Below are positions 15,397 to 32,429 of a stretch of DNA of 64,000 nt, piece after piece. Numbering within the stretch: the stretch's first letter is position 1; the number at the start of each line of letters is the position of its first letter. A program made the position numbers and the translations under genes. Origin of the DNA: the human T2T-CHM13v2.0 reference genome, Homo sapiens; NCBI RefSeq assembly GCF_009914755.1, contig NC_060947.1. One strand, written 5' to 3'. The notes beneath the pieces were generated by a model. That model saw only the letters and a list, made by a program, of their open reading frames with translations. It was not told where the DNA came from and did not search any database.

Positions 15397-16689
15397 TCAA
15401 CTCAATAATGGGAATACAACCCAATAAAAAATGGATACAAGACTTGAACAGAAAGCTCAGAGAAGACATGAAGGGTCAATGAACATATAAAAGTCTCCCC
15501 AACATCATTAGTCATCAGAGTAAAGGAAAGCACAAAGAGGTACTACTAACCAACTATTAGAATTACTAAAATATTTTTTAAGCTCATAATGCAAAGTTCT
15601 GAAAACTAGAAAATATTTTGGACTGAATGATAATTAAAATACAATGCATAAAACTTTGTTGGATGCAATTCAAATAGTGAATAGAGGGAAATTTGTAGCT
15701 GCAAATGCATTTTTTAGAAAAGAAAATTTTAAATCAATATTCTAAGATTTCACTTGAAAAAATCAGAAAAAGAAAAGCAAGGATAGTAGAGAAGGAGAGA
15801 AATAATAAAGATAATGGCAGATACCAGTAAAATAGTATACAACCATTAAAATAGGGAAAGTCAACAAAGCCAATAGTTAGTTTTCTGAATATCTTAATAA
15901 AATTGATAAGCCACAAAGAAAACTAATCATAATAAAATAAATTAACTACATCATAAAAATATATCACAACAGAGTCTATAGACATTAAAAGGATAATAAT
16001 GGAATATTATGGACATCATGTAAATAAATGTGACAAATTAAATGCACACATTCTTTGAAAAATATGAATTACAAAATTGATAAGAGAAAGCTAGATTATC
16101 TCTGTAATCCTATGTTTGTTAAATAAATCGATTCTATAAAAACCTTCCCTCCAAAAACAAAACACTTCAGATCCAGATGGCTTCCCTGGTGTATTGCTGA
16201 AGATATTGTATCAACCTCAAACTGACAATAGAAAAAGAAAAAACAACTCCAAACTTTTTGATGAGGCTAGAATAACCTTGAAAGCAAGTCCTGACAGGGA
16301 TATACCAAGAAAATTTACTTACAAAGCAATGTCCCTCATGAACATAAACATACAGACACAAAAATAAAAAGGGCCAAATAGGATGCAAAATTATATTCAT
16401 CTTCACTCATCATCAAAGAAATACAAATATAAATAGCAATGAAATTCTATACCTTAACCTATTAGAATTTGCAAAATAGAAAAAGAATATACGCTGTTGG
16501 TAAGGGTGTGAGAAAATGGGCAACCTCAGACACAAGCCCTAGATCACACAGTTTGGAAGTGAAGGAGACCAAATCTGAACCCAGGTCTCTCTGTGTCCAT
16601 AACAGATGGTTGTGCTCATTCTATTGCTCATCACCCACTCCTGTGTTGGGAATCCTATCTTGGCAATATTACCTATTGCATTTTTTTAA

Positions 16690-18230
16690 ATGAAACAGCA
16701 TTTTGAGATACTTGTAGATTTGCATGGAGTCATAGGAAATAACACAAAGAGATCTCTTGTGCAGTTTACCCAGTTTCCCTGTTGTTAAGTAGTAGTTCAT
16801 GGTATGGATGTACCAAACCATTTAACCATTACCCATTGAAAGGTATTTGAATTGATTCCAGGTTTGGGCTTTTATGAATAAAGCTGCTATAAACATTCAA
16901 GTACAAGTATTTGTGTGTGCAAATGTAAAGTCTTTTTCTCTGAGATAAATGCCCAAGAACACAATTACTAGATAGTATAGTAGTTGCATGTTTAATTTTA
17001 TAAGAAACTGCCAAACTATTTTCCAGAGTGGAAGTACCATTTTACATTCCCAGAGCAAAATATGATCCAGTTTCTCTGCATCATTGCCAGCATTTGGTGT
17101 TGTCACTATTTCTTATTTAGGAATTCTTATAGATTTGTAGTGATATCTCATTGCTGCTTTAACTCTCTAATAGCTAATGATGTTGAACATCTTTTCAAGC
17201 ATGGGCTTCTTTGTCATCTGTATATCTAGTTTTGAAAAAATGCCTCTTTCTGTATTTTGTCCATTTTCTAATTATATTGTTTTGATTTTACTGTTGAGTT
17301 TTGAGAGTTCTTTATATATTCTTATACTAGTCGTTTTTTATACATGTGGTTTACAAATATTTTCTCACCCTCTGTAGCATATTTTTTAATTCTCTTCACA
17401 GGATGCTTTTCAGAGCAAAAGTTTTTAATTTCGAGGAGGTCTAATTTGTCAGTTTTTCCTTGTATGTATTGCACTTTTATGTCAAATCTAAGAACTCTTT
17501 GCCTACCCATAGTTCTGAAAGTTTTTTCCTGTTTTCTTCTAAAATGTTTAAAATTGTACATGTCACATTTGAGTCTGTGGTCCAAAATGGCTAATTTTGT
17601 ATAAGTTACGATAATTGGACCAAACTTCATTTGATGGCCTGTGTATATTCAATTGCTCTAGCATCGGTTGTTTAAAAGGCTATATTTACTCTATTAAATT
17701 GCTTTTGCAACAACTGTGTTAAAAATCAGTTGGGCATATTTCAGCAGTTATATTTCTGGATTCTCTGTTGTGTTCCATTGATCTATGTATCTGATTACTG
17801 TACTTATATAGTAAGTCTTGAGATCAGGTAGACTGATTTCCTCCCACTTTATTCTTTTTCAAAATGTATTTATCTATGTTAGTTTCTCCCACTTTCCATA
17901 TAAATTTTTTAAAATATTCATACATATTTACAAAATATTGCAGATATTTTGATAGAAACTGAATTAAATCCACGTAATAATTTGGATAGAATTGAAAGCT
18001 TTGCTATGCTGATTCTTTCAATCCATCAACACATTTTTTTTTCCATTTATGTGGGTCTTGTTTCATTTCTTTCATCAGTGTTGTGTAGTTTGCAGTATAC
18101 AACTCCTATACATGTTTTAATACATTTACACCCACGTATTTCATTTTCAAGCAATTATAAGCAATATAGTATTTTTAATTTTGGCATCCATATGTTCATT
18201 GTTAATACACAGAAACTCAATGGATTTTGG
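16690..18230 (-). mobile_element. L1MC/MD ORF2 3' end and 3'UTR
   Basis: ORF 17322..17630(-) DKLDLLEIKNFCSEKHPVKRIK. Confidence 0.85.
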
Positions 18231-18254
18231 TAGAGGTTTTTTGTGCCTCAACTA

Positions 18255-18815
18255 TCTCTTTGTTTTTTTTTTTCCTCAGCTTTATTGAGGTATACTTGAC
18301 AAATAAAAATTGAATATATCTACCATAATTTAAAAATTGTATATATCTAAGTTGTACAATGTGATGTTTTGATATACATATACATTGTGAAATAATTATC
18401 ACAATCAAGCAAATTAAAATGCTTATCACATCACATAGTTACGTGTGTGTGTGTGTGTGTGTGGTAGAAACACTTAAGATCAACTCTCTTAGCAAATTTC
18501 AAGTAGGTAGTAAAGTGTTAACTATAGTCACCATGCTGCACATTAGATCTCCAAAACTTATTCATCCCACATAGCTGAACCTTTGTACGGTTTGACCAAG
18601 ACCTCCCCATTTCCCCCACATCCCAGCCCCTGGCCACCGCCATTCTACTCTGCTTTTATGAGTTTGGCTTTTTTAGTTTCCACATATAAGTGACATCATG
18701 CAGTGTTTGTTTTTCTGTGTCTGACTTATTTCACTTAGCATAATATCCTCCAGATTCATCCATGCTGTTGCAAATTGCAGGATTTCCTTCTAAGGATGAA
18801 TAATATAACATTGTC
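18255..18815 (-). mobile_element. L1MA9/L1MB-like 3' end
   Basis: T-tail, ctcttagcaaatttcaagta, tagtcaccatgctgcacattagatctcc. Confidence 0.8.
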
Positions 18816-19755
18816 TGATGTACCACAGTTTATTTATCCACTCACTGAAAGACACCTTAGTTGCTTCCAAGCTTTGGCAATTATGCATAAAGCTGCTAAA
18901 AACATCCATGTGCAGGTTTTTGTGTGAACATTACTTTTCAATTCACTTGGTTAAATACCAAGGAACACTATTACTGGATCATATAGGAAGAATATGTTTA
19001 GCTTTGTAAGAAACTGCCAACCTGTCTTCCAACTTGGCTGTGCCATTTTGCATTTCCACCAGCAATGAGTGAGAGTTTCTGTTGTTCTATATCCTTGACT
19101 GCATTTGGTGTTTTGGTGTTCTGGATTTTTGCCATTCTAATAAATGTAGTGGTATCTCATAATTGTTTTAATTTTCACATCCCTGAGGGCCTACGAGGAG
19201 AAGCATCTTTTTATATGCTTATGAGCCACCTTCTTTGGTGAGGTGTCTGCCTAGAACTTTTGCCCATTTTAAATTGAGTTGTTTGTTTTCCTATTGTTGA
19301 ATTTTAAGAGATCTTTGTATATTTTGGATAACAGTCCTTTCTCAGATATGTGTTTTGCAAATATTTTCTCCTAGTCTGTGGCATGTCTTATTCACTTGAC
19401 AATGTCTTTCACTGAGCACAAATATTTAATTCTAATGAAGCTTAGATTATTAATTATTTCTTTCATGGACCATGCCTTTGGTGTTGTATCAAAAAAATTA
19501 TTGCCAAACCCAAGATGATCTAGATTTTCTTTTGTTATCTTCTAGAATTTTTTTATAGTTTGGAATTTTACATTTAGGTCTATGATCTATTTTGACTTAC
19601 TTTGCCTGAAGGGTATAAAGTCTGTGTTTAGGTTCATTATTTTGCATATGGATGCCTAGTAATTCCAGCAGCATTTGTTGAAAAGACTATCTTCACTCCA
19701 TTGTAACACCTTTGTTCCTTTGTCAAAGATCAACTGACTATATTCCTGTGGTATC
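18816..19755 (-). mobile_element. L1MC-type ORF2 3' region
   Basis: Same consensus region as 4200-5265. Confidence 0.8.
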
Positions 19756-20445
19756 TTCTTCACTTTTGAAGTATAATTTCATTGTGTATAACATTCTAGG
19801 TTGGTGGAGTTTTCTTTCAAAACTTTATACATTTCACTCCATTATCATAGAGCTTGCATGGCATCTGGTGAGAAGTCTGCCATGATTTGTATCCTTTTTC
19901 CTCTACAGGTAAGGTATTTTTCCCTGTTGTTTCTTTCAAGATTTTTACTTTGTCTTTTCTGCAGTTTATGTTATCATATTTATCCGGATTGGTTTTTCTC
20001 TGGGATTCCTGGGTCGCTGATTTGATGTCTAGCACAAATTGTGTAAATTTGGTCATTGTTATTTCTGTTATGTCTTCCTCTCCATTATCTCTTCTGGCAT
20101 TCCAATTACATATATGTTATACCTTTCGAAATTATCCCGTGGTACTTGGATACTCTGGGGTTTTTTTTCATTTTTCTCTTAATATTTCAATTTCAGAAGT
20201 TTCTATTAATCTATCTTCAGGTTCACTGACTTTCTTTGTCCTCATCATCTATTGATGAGCCCATCAACGGCATTCTTCATTTCTGCTACACTGGTTTTTT
20301 TTTTTTTTATTTCTAGCATTTTTTTAAAAAAATCTTGCTTAGAGTTTCCATCTATGCTTACATTACCCTTCTGTTCTTGCATGGGATCTACATATTGTCC
20401 TCTAGAGCCCCTAACATATTAATGATATTTATTTTATTTTTCCTG
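19756..20445 (-). mobile_element. Old L1 ORF1 fragment
   Basis: ORF 19817..20056(-) KDKVKILKETTGK resembles L1 ORF1. Confidence 0.65.
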
Positions 20446-21709
20446 ACTGATTCATTAACACCATCCAAGAAAACATGACATCACCAAATAAACTATATAA
20501 AGCACCAGGGACCAATCCTGGAGAAACAGAGATATATGACCTTTGAGACAGAGAATTCAAAATAGCTGTGTTGAGGAAAATAAAAAAAAAATCAAGATAA
20601 CACAGAGAATGAAGTCAGAATTCTATTAGATTAAATTTAACAAAAGACTGAAATAATTTAAAAGAATCAAGCAGAAATTCTGGAGCTGAAAAATGCAAAT
20701 GACTTATTGAAGAATGCATCAGTCTTTTAATAACAGAATGGATGAAGCAGAAGAAAGAATTAATGAGCTTGAAGACAGTTTATTTGAAAATACACAATCA
20801 GAGGAGACAAAAAAAAAGAAAAAGAATAAAAAACAATGAAGCACACCTACTAGATTGAGAAAATAACCTCAAAAGGGCACATCTATGAGCTACTGGCTTT
20901 AATGAGTAGGTAGATAAATAAATGGCGTAGAAAGTTTATTCAAAGAGATAATAAAAGACAACTTTCCAAACCTAAAGGAAAGAAAGATACCAATATCCAA
21001 GTATAAGAAGGTTATAGAACACCAAGCAGATTTGACCCAAAGAAGACTACCTCAAGGCATTTAATATTCATACTCCCAAAGATCAAGGATAAAGGATCCT
21101 AAAAGCAACAAGAGAAAATAAACAAATAACATTCAATGGGGCTCCAATATTTCTGGCAACAGACCCTTCAGTGGAAAACGTATGGGCCAGGAGAGAGTGG
21201 CATGACAGATTTAAAGTATGGAAGAAAAAAAATCTTTTACCCTATAATAGTATACATGGTGAAAATAATCTTCAAACATGAAAGAGAAATAAAGACTTTC
21301 CCAGACAAACACAAACTGAGGGATTTCAACAAAAAACTTGTCCTATAAGAAATGTTAAAGGGAATTCTTCAGTCACAGAGAAAAGAATATTAGTGAGCAA
21401 TAAGTAATCATCTGAAGGTATAAAACTCACCACTAATAGTAAGTACACAGAAAAACACAAAATATCATAACAAACCACACTGTAACTGTGGTGTCTAAAC
21501 TACTCTTATCCTAAGTAGAAAGACTAAATGATGAACCAATCACAAATAATAACAACTTTTCAAAACATAGACAGTACAATAAGATATAAATAGAAACAAC
21601 AAAAAGTTGAAAAGCAGGGGGACAAAGTTAAGTTATAGAATTTTATATTTCCTTTTTGCTTGTTTTTTGTTGTTGTTGTTTATGCAAACAGTGTTAAGTT
21701 GTTATCAGC

Positions 21710-23698
<1,989 letters not shown>

Positions 23699-24134
23699 TA
23701 AGTTGTTATCAGCTTAAAATAATGGGTCATAAAGATTGTATTTGCAAGCCTCTTGGTAACCTTGAACCAAAAACATACAATGCATACACAAAAACATAAA
23801 TATCAAGAAACTAAATCATATCACCAGAGAAAAACACCGTTATGACAGGAAGACAGGAAGGAGAGAAAGAAGGAAAAGAAGACCACAAAACAACCAGAAA
23901 ACAAATAACAAAATGGCAGGAGTAACTCCTTACTTATCAATAATAACATTAAATATAAATGGACTAAACTCGCCAATCAAAAGACAGGCAGTGGCTGGAT
24001 GGATGAAAAAATAAGACACATTGATCTGTTGCCTACAAAAAACACACTTCACCTATAAAGACACACATAGACTGAAAATAAAGGTATGGAAAAAGATATT
24101 CCATGACAATGGAAACCATAAAAGATCAAGAGTA

Positions 24135-24431
<297 letters not shown>

Positions 24432-27257
24432 GAGCAAGAGTAGCTATCCATGTATCAGAAAAAAATGCATTTCAAGACAAAAATTACAAGAAGAGACAAA
24501 GAAGGTCAATATGTAATAATAAATGGGTTGATTCAGCCAGAGAATAGAACATCACTGCTGTTATTCAACATAATACTAGAAGTCCTACCTAGAGCAATTA
24601 CGCAAGAGAAAGAAATAAAGGGCATCCAAGTTGGAATGGAAGAAGTCAAATTATCCTTGTTGGCTGATGATATAATCTTATATTTGGAAAAACCTAAAGA
24701 TTCCACCAAAAAAATGATTATAATGGATAAACAAATTCAGTAAAGTTACAGGGTACCAAATCAACATACACAAATCAGTAGTATTTCTATATGCCAACAG
24801 TGAACAATCTAAAAAACAAATCAAAAAAGTAAACCCATTTTCCCATTTTCAATAGCCACAAATAAAATTAAATAGCAGGGAATTAACCACAGAAGTGAAA
24901 AAAATCTATAATGAAAACTACAAAAAATAATGAAATAAATTGAAGAGTACACACAAAAAATTGAGAGATATTTCATGTTCATGGATTGAAAGACTCAATA
25001 TTGTTAAAATGTCCAAACTACAGTAATCTACAGATTCAATGCAATCCCTATAAAAATACAAATGAAATTATTCACAGGAACAGAAAAGCAATCCTAAAAT
25101 TTAAATGGAACCACAAAAGACCCAAAATACCCAGTTAAACTAAGAAAAATGAAGAAAACTGCAGGAATCACTTTACCTGAATTCAAATTATGCTACAGAA
25201 CTATAGTGAACAAAACAGCATGGTACTGGCATTAAAACAGACACATAGACCAATGGAACAGAAGAGAGAATCCAGAAACAAATTCACACACCTACAGTGA
25301 ACTCATTTTTTACAAAAATGCCAAAAACATACACTGGGAAAAAGACAGCCCCTTCAATAAATGGTTCTGGGAAAACCGGATATCCATATGCACAGGAATG
25401 AAATTAGACCCATATCTCTTGCTGTAGACAAAAATCAAATCAAAATGGATTAAAGACTTTAGCACATCAAGCTATGAAACTACTACAAGAAAACATTTGG
25501 GAAAATCTCCAGGACATTGGTCTGGGCAAAGATTTCTTCAGTAATAACCCACAAGCATGATCAACCAAAGCAAAAATGGAAAAATGAGATCACATCAAGT
25601 TAAAAATCTTCTGCATAGCAAAAGGAAGCAATCAAAAAGGGAAGAGACAACCCACAGAATGGGAGAAAATACTTGCAAACTACACATCTGACAAGGGATT
25701 CATAACCAAAATATACAAGGAGCTCAAACAACTCTATAGGATAAAATCTAATAATCCAATCAAAAAATGGACAAAAGATTTGAATAGACATTTCTCAAAA
25801 GAAGACATACAAATGGCAAACAGGCATATGAAAAGTTCCTCAATATCATTGATCATCAGAGAAATGCAAATCAAAACTACAGTGAGATATCTTCTTACCC
25901 TAGTTAAAATGGCTTATATTCACAAGACAGGCAATAATAAATTCTTGTGGGGATGTGGAGAAAAAGGTGGGAATGTAAATATGTACAATCACTATGGAGA
26001 ATAGTATGGAGTTTCCTCAAAAAACTAAAAACAGAGCTATGACACGATACTGCAATCATATTGCTGGGTATATTCTCAAAAGAAAGGAAATCCATATATC
26101 GAAGAGTTATCTGCACTCCTATGTTTGTTGCAGCCCTGTTGAGAACAGCCAAGATTTGGAAGCAACCTAAGTATCCACCAACAGATGAATGGCCAAAGAA
26201 AATGTAGTACATATACACAATGGAGTAATATTCAGCCATACAAAAGAATGAGATCCTGTCATTTGCAACAAGATGGATGGAACTGGAGATCATTGTGTTA
26301 AGTGAAATTAGCCAGGCACAGGAAGACAAACATTACATGTTCTCACTTACTTGTGGGATCTAAAAGTCAAAACAATTGAACTCATGGAGGTACAGAGTAG
26401 AAGGATGGCTACCAGAGGCTGGGAAGAGTACAGGGGAAGTCAGGGGAGGTAGGGGTGGTTAATGGGTACAGAAAATAGTTAGAAGGAATGAATATGACCT
26501 AGTATTTGATAACACAAAAGGGTGACTATAGTCAATAATAATTTAATTGTACACTGTAAAATAACTAAAAGAGTACAATTGGGTTGTTTGTAACAAAAAT
26601 GATACATGCTTGAGAGGGTGGATACCCCATTTTCCATCCTGTGATTATTAGTCATTGCATGCCTGTATCAAAAGATCTCATGTACTCCATAAATACATAC
26701 ACCTACTATGTACCCACAAAAATTAAAAATTAAAAAACAGTTCAAGTGGCCAAGAACATAGTTTGGTGTAGTTGTAGGAGAATAAAGCAACAATTTTGTT
26801 TTTACTTTCATAAACTACTTCAGGGAAATATCCCCCAATCCACCATAATAAAGTAAAGAGAATTTCAAAGAATTATGTGTGGAGAGTATTTGGCTCCAGA
26901 AAATACTCCATTTATTTTGTATGACATAGTTCAGTCAATGATCAGTGGACCTCTGATCAGGCTGGACCTTTCAAAGGAGCAAAGCTATGACTTACATGAC
27001 CTTCCAGATGGGCTTGCTGCTGTCATCAGGTCTGTAATTTGTAGTAACTTACATTTTTCTCTTTAACAGTCTTATGAAATAGATGAACCCAAGTTGATAT
27101 TAACAGGAGTATCACAGGTGCTGTTCCAGGATGACACAAAACAAACTAGCAGCTTTATACTGTCAGACACAAAAGGTGAAAAGGGAGATCCAGCCTCCAC
27201 CCTTCAAGAATACCTCCACCCTTCAAGAATACCTGCTCTCATGGAGCTCAAATCAAA

Positions 27258-27360
27258 AGCAGTAGTTCTTGCCCCTGGCTACACATTAGAGTCACCTGAA
27301 GTTCTTAAAAAATGCTCATGCCTGGACTCCACCTCCAGGTACTCTGATGTAGTTAAACTT
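27258..27360. mobile_element. MER5-type DNA transposon fragment within L2 remnants
   Basis: cagtagttcttgcccctggctacacattagagtcacctg. Confidence 0.6.
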
Positions 27361-27628
27361 TTTAATTACTTACCAGAGTATGAGTTGGTTCCTTATATAG
27401 TTTTTCATATGGAGGTGGCAATGTGAGCAAATAGATCATTCAAATAGATTGTGATTAATATTTTTCTCCCTGACATCTACTATTGTAGATGTTGAGAAAA
27501 ATCTGTGGGCATAGGGAGAAGAGAACTGGTAAATCTGCTTGAGGGAATCAGGGACTGCTTCACCAGAGAGGTTATATTTGAACTGAGTTTCCTTTTTTAA
27601 CATTTAAAAGTTTCAAAACCTATACAGG

Positions 27629-27930
27629 AGCTAGGCACAGTGGCTCATGCCTGTAATGCCAGCACTTTGGGAGGCTTAGGCAGGAGGATCGCTTGAGCAC
27701 AGGAATTTCAGACTAGCTTTGGAAACACAGTGAAACACCATCTCTACAAAAAAAAAAAAAAAAAAAATTAGCCAGGAGTGGTGGCACACACCTGTAGTCC
27801 CAGCTACTTATGAGGCTAAGGTAAGAGGATCACTTGAGCCCAGGAGGTCAAGGCTGTAGTGAGCGGTGTTCATGCCATTGCACTCCAGCCTGGGTGATAG
27901 AGTGAGACCCTGTGTCAAAAAAATAAATAA
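27629..27930 (+). mobile_element. AluJ
   Basis: gaggatcgcttgagcacagg / gaggtcaaggctgtagtgag. Confidence 0.92.
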
Positions 27931-28869
27931 AACCTACAAGGAAGTACTGAGAATAACATAACAGCACCTAGATGCCAGTCACACAGTTCTAAAAAATGTT
28001 TATATGTTTTATTTTTTGTCGTATTCCCTGAGAAAAAAATAAAAATGAAATAAACAATTGTAGATATGGTTGAATTACTCTTTATTCTCCTTCTCAAACC
28101 CATTGCTACTCTTCTTCCCCCAGAAGTAAGCCTTATCATGAATATTCCCAGTCTATATTTTTATACTTTTATTTCATATATATGTGTCCATTAATTATTT
28201 AGTATTGTTTTATGTGCTTTACAGTGATGTAAACAGTGTCATACTTTATTCATTCTTCAACTTGGCTTTTATCAGGAAACATTTTTTGAGATATATTCAT
28301 GTTTGGGCATGTAGCTATAGTTCCTTAATTTTGGTGCTCAAACAGTATTCACAAAACTTTTGGTGCTCAAAAATTCCGAAGAAGGTAGAATCTTTCCAAG
28401 ATGTACTGAGGAGCTACGATTTCTTTTTTCCATGAAGATTTTGCCATTTCTGGCAGAGGGTAGCTGATGGGGAATGAACAAACCAGATGAGATTTTGGTG
28501 GCCACAGGGAAACAGAGTGACAAATTTGAAAACTTGAGAGGACTCACACACATAACCAGAACCCCTCTCAAGACATTTGCTAAATTCCAAAACTGAAAAA
28601 GGAGGGAGCCTAAAAAGCTAAGTTGAAATCCCTCTGGAAAGTAGAATGGAATTTCCAATACTTTCTCAAGACCTGGGAGACAAAAACTCCCCAAGTGGAG
28701 TTATGCTGAGAATACTTCACTATATTCAAGGGGCAAGAGTTGGAGACAGAAAAGAATTTACTTTGATGATGTGCAACAGCTTTCCCTGGGGAAATCTGTC
28801 AATGTGAATGCAGCAATATGCTGACAATCAAGGTTCTGGCCTAGGCAGAGAGAAGTCTCTGGAAGCTGA

Positions 28870-29460
28870 TTATATGTACATCCTATGTTCCAGCAATTCC
28901 ACTCCTCGTTTTCTATACAACAGGAAGGTATATACTTACTCACCAAAAAATCTGTACAATAATGCTCAGAGAGACCCTATTCATAATAGCTCAAAACTGA
29001 AAATTACCCAAATGTCAATCAACAGTAGAATGGATCAATAAAATGTGGTATTATCAAACAACAAAATACCACACAACAATGAGACTGAACAATCCATAAC
29101 TGCATGCAAAAATATAAATGAATATAATAAACATAGTGCTGAGTGGGAAAAAAAAGCCAGACACCAAAGAATATAAACTATATGATTCTATTTATATTTA
29201 TATAAGTTTTAAAACATCACAGATAAAGCTAATTTGTAGCATTAGGAGTAAAGATAATGGTTTATTTGGGGGAGGCAGTTATAACAGAAAAGGGGCATAA
29301 ATGTGGATTCTAGGGTATAGATAATATCCTCTTGGTGCTGGTTACATCAGTATGTTCACTTATTAAAATTTATTGAGCTAAATATTTATGATTTTTGTAC
29401 TCTTAATATGTGTGTTTTACCGCAATTAAAAAATCAAAACTTTAAGATAAGAATAGCAAA
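28870..29460 (+). mobile_element. L1ME-type 3' end
   Basis: cagcaattccactcc, cccaaatgtcaatcaacagtagaatggat, aagccagacaccaaagaata. Confidence 0.75.
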
Positions 29461-30059
29461 AAAAAAAAAAAAAAAAAAAAATGTGCACAGGCCCCACCAC
29501 AAGGGATTTGGTTTTTATAAAGCTGTGATAGGTCCTGGAACAGCATTTTTCATACAAAGGTTTACTGGACAATCTTTTCTTTTTATCTGAGAATTAATTT
29601 TTTTTAATTTTACCCCCTTTATGGATTGTATGTCATTGTCTTATAACTTTGTAGGCATTTATTATGTCATTGTGTCTGGTATACTTACTGCAAATAACTT
29701 ATCTATTATTTTATTTTCATTTTGCTCAAAATGTACTTTTTCAATTATAAGGCTTTATTCTTGAGGTCAAATTTTCTAATATATTCCTTTATGTGTTTAA
29801 CTTCGTTATTATTTCAAGAATCCTGGCCATCCGCTGTAGTATAAAATATCCTATGTTTTTAATGCTTTCAAGGTTTCTACACTTTAATCTTTAATCTATC
29901 TGGAATTTATTTAATATTGTGAAATGCAGGGTTCTTGTATTGTACATTCCAAAAATTTTCTTTCTCTGTTTCCCCCCGAAAAGAAAGATGCACCAGAACC
30001 CTGGAGGAGCTATTTCCCAGACTTATATGAAGAAGTAAATTTGATCAGCAAAAGGGGTG

Positions 30060-30484
30060 AACCAGCATTGGACATGGAGGTGCCCCATACAGATTCCCTC
30101 TAAGAAAGGACGTATTGTCTGAGATGTCGGGAGTCCTGTCAGCAGGCAGTCTTCAGCTTTTAGCCCATCAAAGACAGCCTCAGTTGCAGGAGACATCTCA
30201 CTCTGATACAGTGAGTGATCAAGGTGTGTGTGTGTGTAGGCCCAGATATTTTGACCCGATGCAAAACAACTCGGGCCACTTTTACTACAGATCTCTTCAT
30301 ACAGTCATCCAAGAGACTTTTGCTGTTTGGGCCTGCATTTCACCTTGATTTCTGCCCCTGCCCAATTCTGCTTTTTTCCCTTTTTTCCCCCACAGCTATT
30401 TATCCCAAGAGCACTCCCACATAAACATCCTGTACAATAAATACTGTTTCAGAATCTGCTTTCAGGAGAATGTAATCTGCAACA
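30060..30484 (+). mobile_element. ERVL LTR (LTR16-like)
   Basis: Ends ...ataaacatcctgtacaa...tcagaatctgctttcaggagaatgtaatctgcaaca. Confidence 0.65.
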
Positions 30485-30839
30485 TCTCTACTACGGCTAC
30501 CAATTTCTGTGTTACTTGGAGTAAGGTTACGCTGCTTAGTAAATGGGCCCAGCAATAAATCAGATTCTTAAGAAGAGAGAAGTTTATGTCTGCTCACCTA
30601 ATCATCTGTCATAAATATTTTTGATCAGTGGGAAGCTCTCCTCTATGTGTGTATTTAGATATAAAGGTACTTTCCTAAGGTGGAGATTTTAACCTAGGGT
30701 CCACAAACCCTTTAAAAAGGTCTAAGAGTAAAATTCAAAGGATGCATGAATTTGAATAAGAAAAAATCTTTCATTTCACCAATCTCCAAATGAAATTTAC
30801 ACCAGCCCCACTGTCTGATGTTGATCAACATGATTGAAA

Positions 30840-31080
30840 CAACTTACATTAACAGGGCTCTTATCAAGTGTCAGGCTCTATAATAAGCACATTAAATGCT
30901 TTGCTGCAGTGAGTGTTTACAAAAACCTGATGACATGAATATTATTACACTCCCATTTGACAGATGAGGAAAATAAGTTATGCAAGGTTTAAGCATCTGC
31001 CCCAATGTCACAAAACAGTGTAAGTAGCAAAGCCGAGATTGTAATATAACTTCAGTGAAACCAAACTCAATGTTATCAAT
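30840..31080 (-). mobile_element. MIR
   Basis: cccatttgacagatgaggaaaataag...aaggtttaagcatctgcccaatgtcaca. Confidence 0.7.
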
Positions 31081-31639
31081 TAATTTTCTGAGCCACAAGT
31101 TACTTTCCCTCTCTGGGATTCCAATTTTTTATCTCTAAAACCAAAGTCTGAACTAGACCAAGAGTAAGCAACCTACATGCAAGTGGGTCTGATGAGAAAA
31201 AAATTTAAAATGGTTATGGGACACATATTTTTAAATAGCATATATTAATTACAAATGAAAAGTACAATGCCTGCAACAGCACTTTCACACTTTTGCTAAA
31301 AGGTTTCACCTTATGGCTAGAATTTCAGCTACTATGTCATTAATACTTATGCTCTTTTACGTACCAAATTATAATACTGGGGCTTTGAATACATATTTTC
31401 TGAGACAACATCTAGTTTGGTGGATGGAGGGGATGGCATATGCAGGCAAAATGTAGTTGTCAAAGGATATGGGGGTAGGGAGGTAACAAACTTCAGTAAC
31501 AGTACAGACAAAAATACAGACTAACCAGGCGATTCCTACTTGAACAAGTGGAACACAGATACAACATTTAGAATGAAGTCTGATTAGAATACAGAAAAAA
31601 ATATACGAGATATTATGTGAATAAATGACACTAACGATC

Positions 31640-32428
31640 TGAAAAGGAAATTAAGAAAATAATTATATTTACAACAGCATCATAAAAAGTAAAATACTTA
31701 GGACTGAACTAAGAAGGAGAAATATTTATACACTGGAAACTGTGAAGTGTTGCTGAAAAATTAACAAAGACACAAATAAATGGAAAGACATCCCTTGTTC
31801 ATAGATATGAAGACAACATTGTTAAGATGTACACAGTACACAAAGCAATCTACAGATCCTTACCAAATCCTGACAATACTTTTTGCAGAAATACAGAAAT
31901 TTGTCTTAAAATTCATATGGAATTTCAAAGGCCCCCAAATATTCAAAACAATCTTGAAAAGGAACAAAGTTCAAGGTTTCACATTTTCTGATTTTGACAC
32001 ATACTCCAAAGCTACAGTAATCAAAAAAATATGGTACTGACTTAAGGACAGACATATTAGAACAATAAAATAGGACAGAAAGCCCAGAAATAAACCCTCA
32101 AATACATGGTAAATGATTTTCAACAGAGGTGCCAAGACATTCAATGGGGAAAGGACACACTTTTCAACAAATGATATGACAAAACAATGGATATCCAAAA
32201 GCAAAGGAATTAAGGTGGACCAATACCTTATTCCACACCAAAAAAATCAACTGAAAATGAATCAGAGTCCTAAATGTAAGAGCTAGAACCACCAAACTCT
32301 TAGAAGAAAACATAATAATAAACCTTCATGACATTAAATTTGTTAATGATTTATTGGATATGACATCAAAAGTGCAGGGAACAGAAAAGCAAAGTGCACT
32401 ACATCAAAATTAAAACTATTGTGCATAG
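31640..32428 (+). mobile_element. L1MB-type ORF2 fragment
   Basis: ORF 31780 LKFIWNFKGPQIFKTILKRNKVQGFTFSDF. Confidence 0.85.
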
Positions 32429-32429
32429 T

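Noticed and set aside
27070-27175. Possible + strand exon (tttaacAG...aaagGTgaa; SYEIDEPKLILTGVSQVLFQDDTKQ)
   Set aside because: No recognisable protein match, the 3' part overlaps L2-like sequence, and it is on the wrong strand for the serpin paralog
27194-27231. 19-bp tandem duplication cctccacccttcaagaata
   Set aside because: Ordinary slippage event inside an L2 remnant
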